Source: an uncultured bacterium (GTDB taxonomy: Bacteria > UBP7 > UBA6624). From it: a DNA stretch of 64,000 nucleotides. The position numbers and the translations under genes were made by a program. Of the stretch, positions 29,615 through 38,220 are shown piece by piece (the first letter of the stretch is position 1; each line of letters starts with the position of its first letter). The notes beneath the pieces were generated by a model, which worked only from the letters and a program-made list of their open reading frames with translations, did not search any database and was not told where the DNA came from. Location of the stretch: positions 32,001 through 96,000 of the forward strand of contig CAXGSM010000001.1 in NCBI GenBank assembly GCA_964012435.1, in the 5' to 3' direction.

Positions 29615-30064
29615 TTATTCTTTCAGAAAATCTAGATTTCTTTCTTCTTTTTCTATTGATAAAACTATGCTTGTATTTGTGCTTTCGATATTTTTATCAT
29701 TAAGCAATTCTTTTATCTTGTTGTTCATGGTTTCTCTATTTCTGAATTTTCCCATTGTAGCAATGTCATACTCTCCGGTTATCTCATAAACAAACTCAAG
29801 AGACCTGTCTTCCTTCAAGGATTTAACAATTCTCCTGATATGCGGACCATTTGCTTTTATTAGAAAAAGAGCAATAAGGTCGAATCCTAATTTTTCTAAA
29901 TTTATATCAGCTTTATATCCTTTTATGACATTTTCTCTTTCCATTTCTTTTATTGCTTTTTGAACACTCGATATTGAAAGTCCCACTTTTTTACCAATTT
30001 CTGCATAGGAAGCTTTACCGTCTGTTTGAAGTATGGATAGTATTTTTAAGTGTGTTTTTTTCAT
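29615..30064 (-). CDS. Lrp/AsnC family transcriptional regulator
   Basis: LQTDGKASYAEIGKKVGLS HTH, IKGY, YEITGEYD, TNTSIVL. Confidence 0.92.
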   Translation of the reverse strand: MKKTHLKILSILQTDGKASYAEIGKKVGLSISSVQKAIKEMERENVIKGYKADINLEKLGFDLIALFLIKANGPHIRRIVKSLKEDRSLEFVYEITGEYDIATMGKFRNRETMNNKIKELLNDKNIESTNTSIVLSIEKEERNLDFLKE

Positions 30065-31017
30065 AAATAACGATCATCCAATTCTCTTGGTTTTAGATTT
30101 AAAGAGACTTTTATCTCGCCAACGCCATAGCGAAATATCAATAATTCAATAGTATCTGGGTAATCAAGACTATCAACAATTTCAAAAGCTTTGCTTTTTG
30201 AGTCAATTGCGTATCCGTTTATCTTAAGAATAATGTCATTTTTACTAATTAGGTTTTTTGTTGACTGAGACATGTTTGTAATTTTTAGAATTTTTTTCAT
30301 TGAGGAAGCGTCTTGATTGATGTAATCTTCCTTAACTTCTAATCCAATCATTGGATGAATTGCTTTATTTTTTAAAATTTTTTCGCTCCAATAGATGATT
30401 TTGTCTATAGGGATTGCAAAATTTATGTTTTCAACTTCTCCAGCAAGCTTCCCTGAAGTCATACCTATCAAGCGTCCTTCACTATCAAACATTGGACCTC
30501 CTGAATTTCCAGGGTTTGTAGCTACGTCAGTTTGTATCAATCCCCATTTAAGATAGTTTTTTGTGTCCAGAAATCTATCTACTGCACTGATTATTCCTTT
30601 TGAAACAGAGGATGACAAGCCAAAAGGGTTTCCTATAGCCATAACCTCTTCACCAGGCAATAGTTTTTTATTTTCAAGATTTCTGAACTCCAGTGGTTTT
30701 TTCCAAAATTGAATTGGTATTTTTAATATTGCAATATCTAGAATTGGATCACTGCCTATCAGCTCTGCGGAAAAGACAGTTCCTTCTTCTGATGAGATGA
30801 TTATTTGATCTGAGTTTGCAACAATATGATGATTGGTTATTATTGAACCTTCCATTTGAAACATGAAACCAGAGCCTTCAGAGTGATTATTCGTCCATAA
30901 ATTGTCATTATTTTTTTTTAAAGAAACAATATGTACAACTGTTTTTTCTGCTTTTTGAACAAGTTCAGTCCATTTATTTTCTAAATTTAAAGCGAGTATC
31001 AAAATCATTTGAAGCAT
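30061..31017 (-). CDS. HtrA/DegP-like trypsin protease with a degenerate PDZ domain
   Basis: GSGF, TNHH, DIAILK, AIGNPFGL, IQTD..NPGNSGGP; start 31017 avoids overlap with the divergent gene. Confidence 0.9.
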   Translation of the reverse strand: MLQMILILALNLENKWTELVQKAEKTVVHIVSLKKNNDNLWTNNHSEGSGFMFQMEGSIITNHHIVANSDQIIISSEEGTVFSAELIGSDPILDIAILKIPIQFWKKPLEFRNLENKKLLPGEEVMAIGNPFGLSSSVSKGIISAVDRFLDTKNYLKWGLIQTDVATNPGNSGGPMFDSEGRLIGMTSGKLAGEVENINFAIPIDKIIYWSEKILKNKAIHPMIGLEVKEDYINQDASSMKKILKITNMSQSTKNLISKNDIILKINGYAIDSKSKAFEIVDSLDYPDTIELLIFRYGVGEIKVSLNLKPRELDDRYL

Positions 31018-31048
31018 ATATAAATTGTACAAAGGATAGGATATTGGC

Positions 31049-32548
31049 ATGCGTGAAAACATGTCTGAACCGGGATCTCCACCTTTTGTTAGGGGAATAT
31101 ACAAAGATATGTATAAAAAAAGACCATGGACAATGAGGCAGTATTCGGGCTTTAGCACTGCGAAAGAGACAAATAAAAGATTTAAAAATCTATTAAAAAA
31201 TGGTCAAACTGGATTGTCTGTTGCTTTTGATTTGCCTACACAGATGGGCCTTGATAGCGACAATGTTTTATCAATTGGAGAAGTAGGGCGGGCTGGTGTT
31301 GCAATAGACACAATTGATGATATGAGGATATTGCTGAATGGTATACCTTTAGACAAAGTAAGTATATCCATGACAATCAACTCTCCTGCTTCAATAATAT
31401 GGGCAATGTTGCTTGTTGTGGCTGAAGAGCAAAATGTTTCTTGGGAAGAAGTAAGGGGAACTATACAGAATGATATATTGAAAGAATATGTTGCTAGAGG
31501 TACATATATTTTTCCACCAGAACCCAGCATGAAATTAACAAAAGATACTTTTGAGATGGTTGAAAATGTTCCAAATTTCAACCCTATTAGCATTTCGGGA
31601 TACCACATAAGAGAGGCGGGAGCTAGTGCTGCTCTCGAGCTAGGTATAACATTTGCTCATGCTATTGCTTATTTAGAGATTGCAAAAGATACAAATTTAA
31701 ATTTTGAAAAAGTTGTCAAAAGGTTTTCTTTCTTTTTTGGGTGCCATAATGACATTTTCGAAGAGGTAGCAAAATTCAGAGCAGCAAGGTGGATTTGGAA
31801 TGATATTCTTGAAAGTTATGGTGTAGATAACCTGAATGCAAGAAAATTAAGATTCCACACTCAAACCTGCGGTTCAACATTAACAAGAAATCAACCTTTG
31901 CTAAATGTTGCAAGAGTTGCATTGCAGGCTTTGGCAGCAACACTAGGAGGCACTCAGTCATTGCATACGAATGCATATGACGAAGCAATTGGCCTGCCAA
32001 CCGAAGAATCTGCACTTATCGCCTTGAGAACTCAGCAGATCCTTTATCATGAAAGCGGGCTTTCAAGAGAGGTCGATCCATTTGGAGGTTCTAAATTTAT
32101 CGAAGATGAAACTTGCAGAATAAGGAAAGAAGCAAATCAGATTATTGACTTGGTAAAAAAGTCTGGTGGAGCAATTAAATCTGTTGAGAATGGCTTGACT
32201 TCATCTTTGATACATGAAGCAAGTCATAAATATCAAAAAGAAATCGAAAATAAAGAAAGATTAATAATTGGAGTAAATTCTTTTGAAGAAAATTCGTCAA
32301 AGATCCCAGACCCTCAGTTGATACCAGAAAAAACTAGAGAAAATCAGATAAAAAAATTAAATGATGCAAAGAGTTCAAGGGATAAGGATGTTGTCAAAGA
32401 AGCTTTAGGGAAACTATCAAAAGCTCAAAGGAGTAACGAGAACCTAATGCCTTCTATACTGAATGCTGTTAAACAAAAGTGCACGATTGGTGAAATTTGT
32501 GCTGAACTTGGTCGACTTTGGGGAACACATTCGCAAATATCATCATAA
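31049..32548 (+). CDS. Methylmalonyl-CoA mutase family, catalytic (N-terminal) subunit
   Basis: PGSPPFVRG, WTMRQYSGF, GLSVAFDLPTQMG, QNDILKEY, SISGYHIREAG, GGTQSLHTN; no DxHxxG B12-binding domain. Confidence 0.93.
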   Translation: MRENMSEPGSPPFVRGIYKDMYKKRPWTMRQYSGFSTAKETNKRFKNLLKNGQTGLSVAFDLPTQMGLDSDNVLSIGEVGRAGVAIDTIDDMRILLNGIPLDKVSISMTINSPASIIWAMLLVVAEEQNVSWEEVRGTIQNDILKEYVARGTYIFPPEPSMKLTKDTFEMVENVPNFNPISISGYHIREAGASAALELGITFAHAIAYLEIAKDTNLNFEKVVKRFSFFFGCHNDIFEEVAKFRAARWIWNDILESYGVDNLNARKLRFHTQTCGSTLTRNQPLLNVARVALQALAATLGGTQSLHTNAYDEAIGLPTEESALIALRTQQILYHESGLSREVDPFGGSKFIEDETCRIRKEANQIIDLVKKSGGAIKSVENGLTSSLIHEASHKYQKEIENKERLIIGVNSFEENSSKIPDPQLIPEKTRENQIKKLNDAKSSRDKDVVKEALGKLSKAQRSNENLMPSILNAVKQKCTIGEICAELGRLWGTHSQISS

Positions 32549-32558
32549 AATCTACCTT

Positions 32559-34124
32559 ATGCCAATTCCAATAGCTGATCCAAACAAAATTCTTAATTTA
32601 ATGAACGATCTTGTTGAGATCAAAAGCTCAACTGGTTCTTACGGGGAAGACGATATTCTTGATTTTATAGAGTCATATGTAAAAAGAAAATGTGAAGGTG
32701 GCATAGATGTGTTATCTTACAGTTATGAGGTTGAGAAAAATCCAAACTTCCCAGAGGAAAAAAGATCTATTGCATTGATTAAAAAGGGAAAAAGCAAGAA
32801 TGCATTATTGTTTGTAGCCAATGTTGATACTGTAGGCACTTCTGACTATTCTTATCTTGAGCCTGTTTCTACCAGTCCAGACAAGCTTCTTAAAAGCTTA
32901 AATGCTGAGGTTAAGGAGTCTAAAGTTGGACAAATGGACGATAGACCTCCATTATCAAAGCTTGCAACAAAACATGTAAAGACAAAAGATTGGATATGGG
33001 GTAGGGGAACTTTGGACATGAAAGGAAGTTTGGCTGCCTTAATCGAAACGATTATTGCATGGGAAAATGAAGATGCAAGTTTGGTTTTGCTTATTTGCCC
33101 TGATAGGCATGGCGATTCAGAAGGTATAAAAAATGCACTTCCTAAACTAGGCCAAGAAATCAGAAAAAGAAAAATGAGCATTGTTGGCATGGTAGGAACG
33201 GATGCTTGGGAGCCGTCAGCTGAAAATTCTGTTAGAGATGTGCATATGTCTCTTTTAGGCAAAGCTTTGGTTTGTGTTTATTACAGAGGTCCTACAGGAA
33301 CAATTTCATCAAATGATGGTTTTCCCTCAGCACTAGCCATAGGTTCAGACATCGTTAATGAATTGGATTGTGCTGAATATTTGGTAGAAGAAAAGGATGG
33401 AGTTAAAACTCCTAAGTCTTTATTTTTGTCAGCTAGAGATCTGAAAGACTCGTATAACACTCAGGTTCCTGGTGAATTTTGGGGTTTTATGCATGTGCCT
33501 ACTTTCAAAAAGCCAACAGAAATTCTAGAAGTCATTAAGGAGAAAGTTGCTGGCGTTATAGAAAAAAAAGTTTTAGAGAGATCGAAAAAGTTTGGATTTG
33601 ATGTAATTGATATCCCTATGCTTGATACACTCGAGCTTGTTGAAAAGCCTTACATAATTCCTAAAGGGCAGAATTTAAGAGAGTTATGCAGGGAGAAGTT
33701 TCTTGCAAGCGCTCTTTACAAAAAGATCAAATCACCCTGGTGTGTTGTTTCCATTATTCCTCCTTATTACCCAGGTTATTCTTGGAAGTCTTCTAAAAAA
33801 AGTGATTTTGAAAAAGCATTGGATAAAGTTTTGAAGAAGTCTGCTAAAAAATTTGAAATCGAACACGAGAAACAGCCTTTTTATAAAGATGTTTCTGAAT
33901 TTTCTTTAATTCCAGCAAGTAGAGACTATTGGATAGAGTTCACACCTCAACAACCCCTGAAGCTAACATCTTCAAAGGGCATAGGCGTTCAGGATATACC
34001 ATATGTGAACATTGGACCGTTAGGCTATGGAGCTGCGACTCATGAAGAGAGAGTCTTAAGAAAGGATGTTCTTGAAAGGATTCCTTTTACTCTATCTGCC
34101 TTAATCAAAGAATTTTTAGCTTAA
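32559..34124 (+). CDS. RocB-like M20/M25/M40 family protein with degenerate metal ligands
   Basis: S.TGS.GE, DTVG..DY, W.WGRGTLDMKG, RDLKDSYNTQVP, PPYYP, NIGPLG. Confidence 0.75.
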   Translation: MPIPIADPNKILNLMNDLVEIKSSTGSYGEDDILDFIESYVKRKCEGGIDVLSYSYEVEKNPNFPEEKRSIALIKKGKSKNALLFVANVDTVGTSDYSYLEPVSTSPDKLLKSLNAEVKESKVGQMDDRPPLSKLATKHVKTKDWIWGRGTLDMKGSLAALIETIIAWENEDASLVLLICPDRHGDSEGIKNALPKLGQEIRKRKMSIVGMVGTDAWEPSAENSVRDVHMSLLGKALVCVYYRGPTGTISSNDGFPSALAIGSDIVNELDCAEYLVEEKDGVKTPKSLFLSARDLKDSYNTQVPGEFWGFMHVPTFKKPTEILEVIKEKVAGVIEKKVLERSKKFGFDVIDIPMLDTLELVEKPYIIPKGQNLRELCREKFLASALYKKIKSPWCVVSIIPPYYPGYSWKSSKKSDFEKALDKVLKKSAKKFEIEHEKQPFYKDVSEFSLIPASRDYWIEFTPQQPLKLTSSKGIGVQDIPYVNIGPLGYGAATHEERVLRKDVLERIPFTLSALIKEFLA

Positions 34125-34175
34125 CCTAACTTTTCTGTTAAAAAATTTCTTACAGTTTGTTTTTGCTTGTTTACT

Positions 34176-34252
34176 GGAGTAAAAGTTACTCTGTTTGTTT
34201 TTCTTGGAATAAAATTCACTCTATCCAGTATTTTTAGAGTAAAATATATCCT
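34176..34252. promoter_or_regulatory. Three operator-like boxes spaced exactly 30 bp, overlapping the promoter of the wHTH gene
   Basis: GGAGTAAAAGTTACTCT (34176), GGAATAAAATTCACTCT (34206), AGAGTAAAATATATCCT (34236); the first contains the inverted repeat GAGTAA-N3-TTACTC. Confidence 0.65.
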
Positions 34253-34726
34253 ATGTCGTTAAAAAAGATATTTGGTTCAAAGCTTAGAGCTGACATACTT
34301 CTCGAGGTTTTTTCGAACCCTGAGCAGGATTATCATGTCAGGAAGCTTGCTGCCATAGTTAATGGACATAGTACAAATGTTTCAAGAGAGCTCAGGATGT
34401 TGGAGGAGATTGGCATACTTGTTCATAGGAAAGTTGGTAGAAAAGTTATCGTAAGTTTAAAAAAAGACGATCCTTCAATAGAGCTTTTCGGTAGATGGAT
34501 ACAAGAATGGAAAAATCCAATAAGCAGGATTAAAAGATATGCATCAAAAAATAATCTTTCATTAAGGTCTGTAGACAGGCAAGACGAAACAGGTGATAGT
34601 GTTTTGGTTATCCTTGAGGGAAATGACACCCCTTCTGATCTTGAGGATTGTGTTGACATGATAAACTCAGACAAACAAAAACCCTTTCTGAAAGCTCTTT
34701 ATGTCTGGGTCCCTTCAGAAAGCTAG
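34253..34726 (+). CDS. Winged-helix transcriptional regulator with a degenerate C-terminal domain
   Basis: IFGSKLRADILLEVFSNP..YHVRKLA...VSRELRMLEEIGIL is a typical wHTH. Confidence 0.75.
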   Translation: MSLKKIFGSKLRADILLEVFSNPEQDYHVRKLAAIVNGHSTNVSRELRMLEEIGILVHRKVGRKVIVSLKKDDPSIELFGRWIQEWKNPISRIKRYASKNNLSLRSVDRQDETGDSVLVILEGNDTPSDLEDCVDMINSDKQKPFLKALYVWVPSES

Positions 34727-35289
34727 TTGTTGAAGAAATAACCCATCATCGCTAAACCTTGAGCACCATTTCTTTGTGCTTCTTCCATGTCTGAAATTGA
34801 CATTCCCCCAAGGGCATAAGTTGGTTTCTTTATTTTTTTCGCTAATAATTTAAAATTCTCCCAACCTAAAGGTCTAAGGTATTTTTCTTTTGAAGGTGTA
34901 TTTTTAACTGGTGACAACAGTGCTGCATCAAATTTAAAGTTCTTAAATTTTTCTAATGAATTTATGTTATGGATTGATGCGGTAAGAAACAAATGGGAGT
35001 TAGCTTTGTAATTTTCAATCCATTCTCTTGAGGGTTCTGAATCTGGTGCATGCAATCCTTCAAACCCAATATCTGCAGCTATTTCAGGTTTTCCATTGAA
35101 TATCAAGAATAATTTTGGAAACTCTTTTCTTATCACCTTTGAAGTCTCTGTAAATTTTTTTTGATTGATTTTTTTATCTCTTACCTGGAGTGCATCCATC
35201 CCTCGATCAATCGCAATCTCTATCTTTTTAAGAATTGTTATTTCATTTTCTACCGATGGGGTTATGCCAATGGTGTCAATTCTTTTCAA
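34723..35289 (-). CDS. thiE: Thiamine phosphate synthase/TenI family protein
   Basis: LQVRDK, GLH, SIH, SPV..TPSK, YALGGM; downstream of thiS-thiG. Confidence 0.75.
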   Translation of the reverse strand: MKRIDTIGITPSVENEITILKKIEIAIDRGMDALQVRDKKINQKKFTETSKVIRKEFPKLFLIFNGKPEIAADIGFEGLHAPDSEPSREWIENYKANSHLFLTASIHNINSLEKFKNFKFDAALLSPVKNTPSKEKYLRPLGWENFKLLAKKIKKPTYALGGMSISDMEEAQRNGAQGLAMMGYFFNN

Positions 35290-36056
35290 CTTCCGGGAAC
35301 ACCTTCTGTTGGGCTTGAGGGATCTGCAGCAAATTTTCTTGGCATTCTTCCAGCATCAAATGCTAATTTTCCAGCAATAATTGAATATTTCATTGCTTCA
35401 GCCATTTGAATTGGTTTTTTGGCTTCTGCTATAGCGGTATTCATAAGCACCCCATCTGCTCCTAACTCCATCGCAACAGCTGCATCACTGGCTGTTCCAA
35501 CACCTGCATCAACTATCATTGGCACATTGTTTATGGCTTTTCTAACTATTGATAACGTTTCTTTGTCCTGTATTCCAAGACCACTTCCTATAGGCGAAGC
35601 AAGCGGCATGACTGCATGGCAGCCAATCTCCTGAAGTTTTCTAGCTCCTACTGGATCAGGGCCGCAGTAAGGCATTACAACAAAGCCATCTTCAATCAGG
35701 ATTCTTGCTGCTTCTATGGTTTGTTCCATATCAGGCCATAAACTGAACTTATCGCCAATGACTTCTAGCTTTATTAGGTTTGTTTTCAATGCTTCTCTTG
35801 CAAGTTTTGCTGTCAATATTGCATCTTCAATATTAAAGCATCCAGCTGTATTTGGCAATAGGCTGAATTTTTCAGAATCAACAAAATCCAAAAGACCTTC
35901 TCCTTTTGGAGCGTTCAAATCAATTCTCCTAATTGCAACTGTTACCAAATCAGTACCACTTGCTTCTAAAGATTTTTTCATTATTTCGAAATTTTCATAT
36001 TTGCCTGTTCCTAAAACAAGTCTTGAATGAAATTCATAAGGTCCTATATTTAACAT
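35286..36056 (-). CDS. thiG: Thiazole synthase
   Basis: SRLVLGTGKY, LPNTAGC, IKLEVIGD, MPLASPIGSGLG, VDAGVG. Confidence 0.97.
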   Translation of the reverse strand: MLNIGPYEFHSRLVLGTGKYENFEIMKKSLEASGTDLVTVAIRRIDLNAPKGEGLLDFVDSEKFSLLPNTAGCFNIEDAILTAKLAREALKTNLIKLEVIGDKFSLWPDMEQTIEAARILIEDGFVVMPYCGPDPVGARKLQEIGCHAVMPLASPIGSGLGIQDKETLSIVRKAINNVPMIVDAGVGTASDAAVAMELGADGVLMNTAIAEAKKPIQMAEAMKYSIIAGKLAFDAGRMPRKFAADPSSPTEGVPGS

Positions 36057-36254
36057 TTATCCTCCTGGGGCTGCTTTTACAAACTCTAGAGCATCTCCTT
36101 CTTTTAGTTCAATGCAATCCCTTTCATGACGATGAACTATTTCTCTATTTAAAGCCACTGCAACAAAGTCTGGTGATATTTTTAAATCTCTTAAAAGCTG
36201 ATTCACAGTTCCACCTTCGAAAGTTACGATCTTTCCGTTTACTTTTATTTTCAT
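36057..36254 (-). CDS. thiS: Sulfur carrier protein
   Basis: MKIKVNG, AVALN.EIV, C-terminal GG. Confidence 0.93.
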   Translation of the reverse strand: MKIKVNGKIVTFEGGTVNQLLRDLKISPDFVAVALNREIVHRHERDCIELKEGDALEFVKAAPGG

Positions 36255-38218
36255 AGGTTGTTTTTAAACCAGTTAATCAACAATCTCAATCTTTCCATTT
36301 TTCTATTTGGAGAACCAGATCTTGATAATTCATGTGTTTCGTTTGGGAAACGGGCAAAGGAGACTTTTTGGCCTAGCATTTTCAGTGAAATAAAAAGTTG
36401 TTCTGCTTGCTCTATTGGACATCTTAAATCCTGTTCGCTGTGTATTATTAATGTAGCAGCTTTCATGTTTTCAACGTAGGTTATAGGGCTTTTTTCTATA
36501 TACACTTCAGGATTTTCCCAAGGTGTTTTGCCAATCTGTTCAATGTCAAAAAAGTAACCAATATCACTTGTTCCAAACATTGATGTGAAGTTCGATATAC
36601 CTCTTTGTGTAACTGCAGCTTTAAACATGTCAGTATGACCTATTATCCAATTTGTCATAAAGCCACCATAAGAACCACCACACACCCCAAGTCTTTTTTC
36701 ATCGATTTCTTTATGCCTCTTAAGGCTTGCTTGAACTGATTCAATAAGGTCTTCATAATCTCTCTCACCATATTTCTTAAAAACGCTATGTGCCCAGTCA
36801 ACACCATATCCATCAGAACCTCTAGGATTTCCATAAATGACTGCAAAACCTTCCCCTGCAAGCATTTGGAATTCAAGCATAAGGGCATTTCCGTAAACCG
36901 TTTTTGGACCTCCATGAATTTCTAATATTGCTGGAGCTTTTTTCTTATGTGTAAGTCTTGGCTTTATAACCCAAGCATCTACTAAAGTTTTATCGGAAGC
37001 TTCAAAGGTCATTTTTTCTGGTTTAAAAAATCTTCTCTTGCTTGCAAGGTTGTCATTATATTTTGTTATTTTTATAGCTTTTTTTCCATCTTTGACAAGC
37101 CATAATTCAGGAAAGGACACAGGAGAGGTCCTAAGCTCGATTCGGGACTCACCATCTTTTGATTGAGAATAACCAATTACAGAATATTCTGAATCAGAAA
37201 TGTATTTCCAGGATTGTTCTTTTATGTCTAGTTCAACAAGTCTTAGAGAGTCTTTAACGGTTGCAACAAACCTTGCTTTGTTTGATTTATCAGATATCCA
37301 AACATCACTTCCAGAAGGAAATCTTGTATCGCAATTCATCGAGTCTCCTATCCCGAATTCAAAATCACCTGTTATTTTTTTTAATTTTTTATTTTTTTGA
37401 ACTTCGTAAAGGCCGTCATTTGATGCCCATGACTTCTCCATACCATTTGCAATGACATAAATGTTATCTTTCGAAACAATAGGGCCATATACTCTTTTTC
37501 CAAAAGATGTGATCTTTGTTTCTTTCCCACCCTGCAGAGGTATTGAATAAAGTTCTGAAGACATTGCTTGATCCATGTCGTTTTCAGGATTTGGAGTTCT
37601 TGAATATAGAATTTTTTCATCTTGTGCAAACCAAGATCCAACACTCCATTTTCCAGATGTTATTTGTTTTGATTTTTTACTTTTTATTCTTTGTGCGAAT
37701 AGGTGATTTCTTTTTCTCAGGAATGAACCTTGTCCGTTGAGTCTCCAAAATGCTGATTCAATAACCTCAACATCGTCTGCAAGAGAGTCTTTGTATTTGG
37801 ACTTTTCAGGATTGCTAAAAGATGTAAACACCATTGATTTCCCATTTGGTGAAAAGTTAAAAGAGTTGATTCCGTTTTTTTGTTTTGTGAATTTTCTTGC
37901 TTCCCCTCCATTCATATCGAGCAAATAGATTTGATAATGTTCGTCTTTTGTTCTTTTTGAAAGGAAAGCAAGTGTTTTTCCGTCTGGTGACCATTTGGGC
38001 GAAAACGCATCAAACTCTTCAGAAGAAATCTTTTTGCTTTTTAGTGTTTTTAAATCTGTTATTGCAATTTCAGATTTCCAACAATTTTTTTTAGTGTTTT
38101 TGTGAGCTTTCTTCAAGACGTAGCATACGTTGTTTTTATTTGGATTGATTACAGGATCTGAAACATGAATAATTTTCTTTATATCTTTGATTGAGAAATT
38201 TTTTAATTCTTTTTTCAT
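36251..38218 (-). CDS. S9 family (acylaminoacyl/prolyl oligo)peptidase
   Basis: PKWSPDG propeller, IHGGP, NPRGS.GYG, GGSYGG, HSEQDLRC, ETHELSRSG. Confidence 0.93.
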   Translation of the reverse strand: MKKELKNFSIKDIKKIIHVSDPVINPNKNNVCYVLKKAHKNTKKNCWKSEIAITDLKTLKSKKISSEEFDAFSPKWSPDGKTLAFLSKRTKDEHYQIYLLDMNGGEARKFTKQKNGINSFNFSPNGKSMVFTSFSNPEKSKYKDSLADDVEVIESAFWRLNGQGSFLRKRNHLFAQRIKSKKSKQITSGKWSVGSWFAQDEKILYSRTPNPENDMDQAMSSELYSIPLQGGKETKITSFGKRVYGPIVSKDNIYVIANGMEKSWASNDGLYEVQKNKKLKKITGDFEFGIGDSMNCDTRFPSGSDVWISDKSNKARFVATVKDSLRLVELDIKEQSWKYISDSEYSVIGYSQSKDGESRIELRTSPVSFPELWLVKDGKKAIKITKYNDNLASKRRFFKPEKMTFEASDKTLVDAWVIKPRLTHKKKAPAILEIHGGPKTVYGNALMLEFQMLAGEGFAVIYGNPRGSDGYGVDWAHSVFKKYGERDYEDLIESVQASLKRHKEIDEKRLGVCGGSYGGFMTNWIIGHTDMFKAAVTQRGISNFTSMFGTSDIGYFFDIEQIGKTPWENPEVYIEKSPITYVENMKAATLIIHSEQDLRCPIEQAEQLFISLKMLGQKVSFARFPNETHELSRSGSPNRKMERLRLLINWFKNNL

Positions 38219-38220
38219 TC

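Noticed and set aside
34135..34164. Intrinsic terminator after the RocB-like gene (CTGT..ACAG followed by T-rich sequence)
   Set aside because: The stem is too weak and AT-rich to call; it may belong to the adjacent operator region
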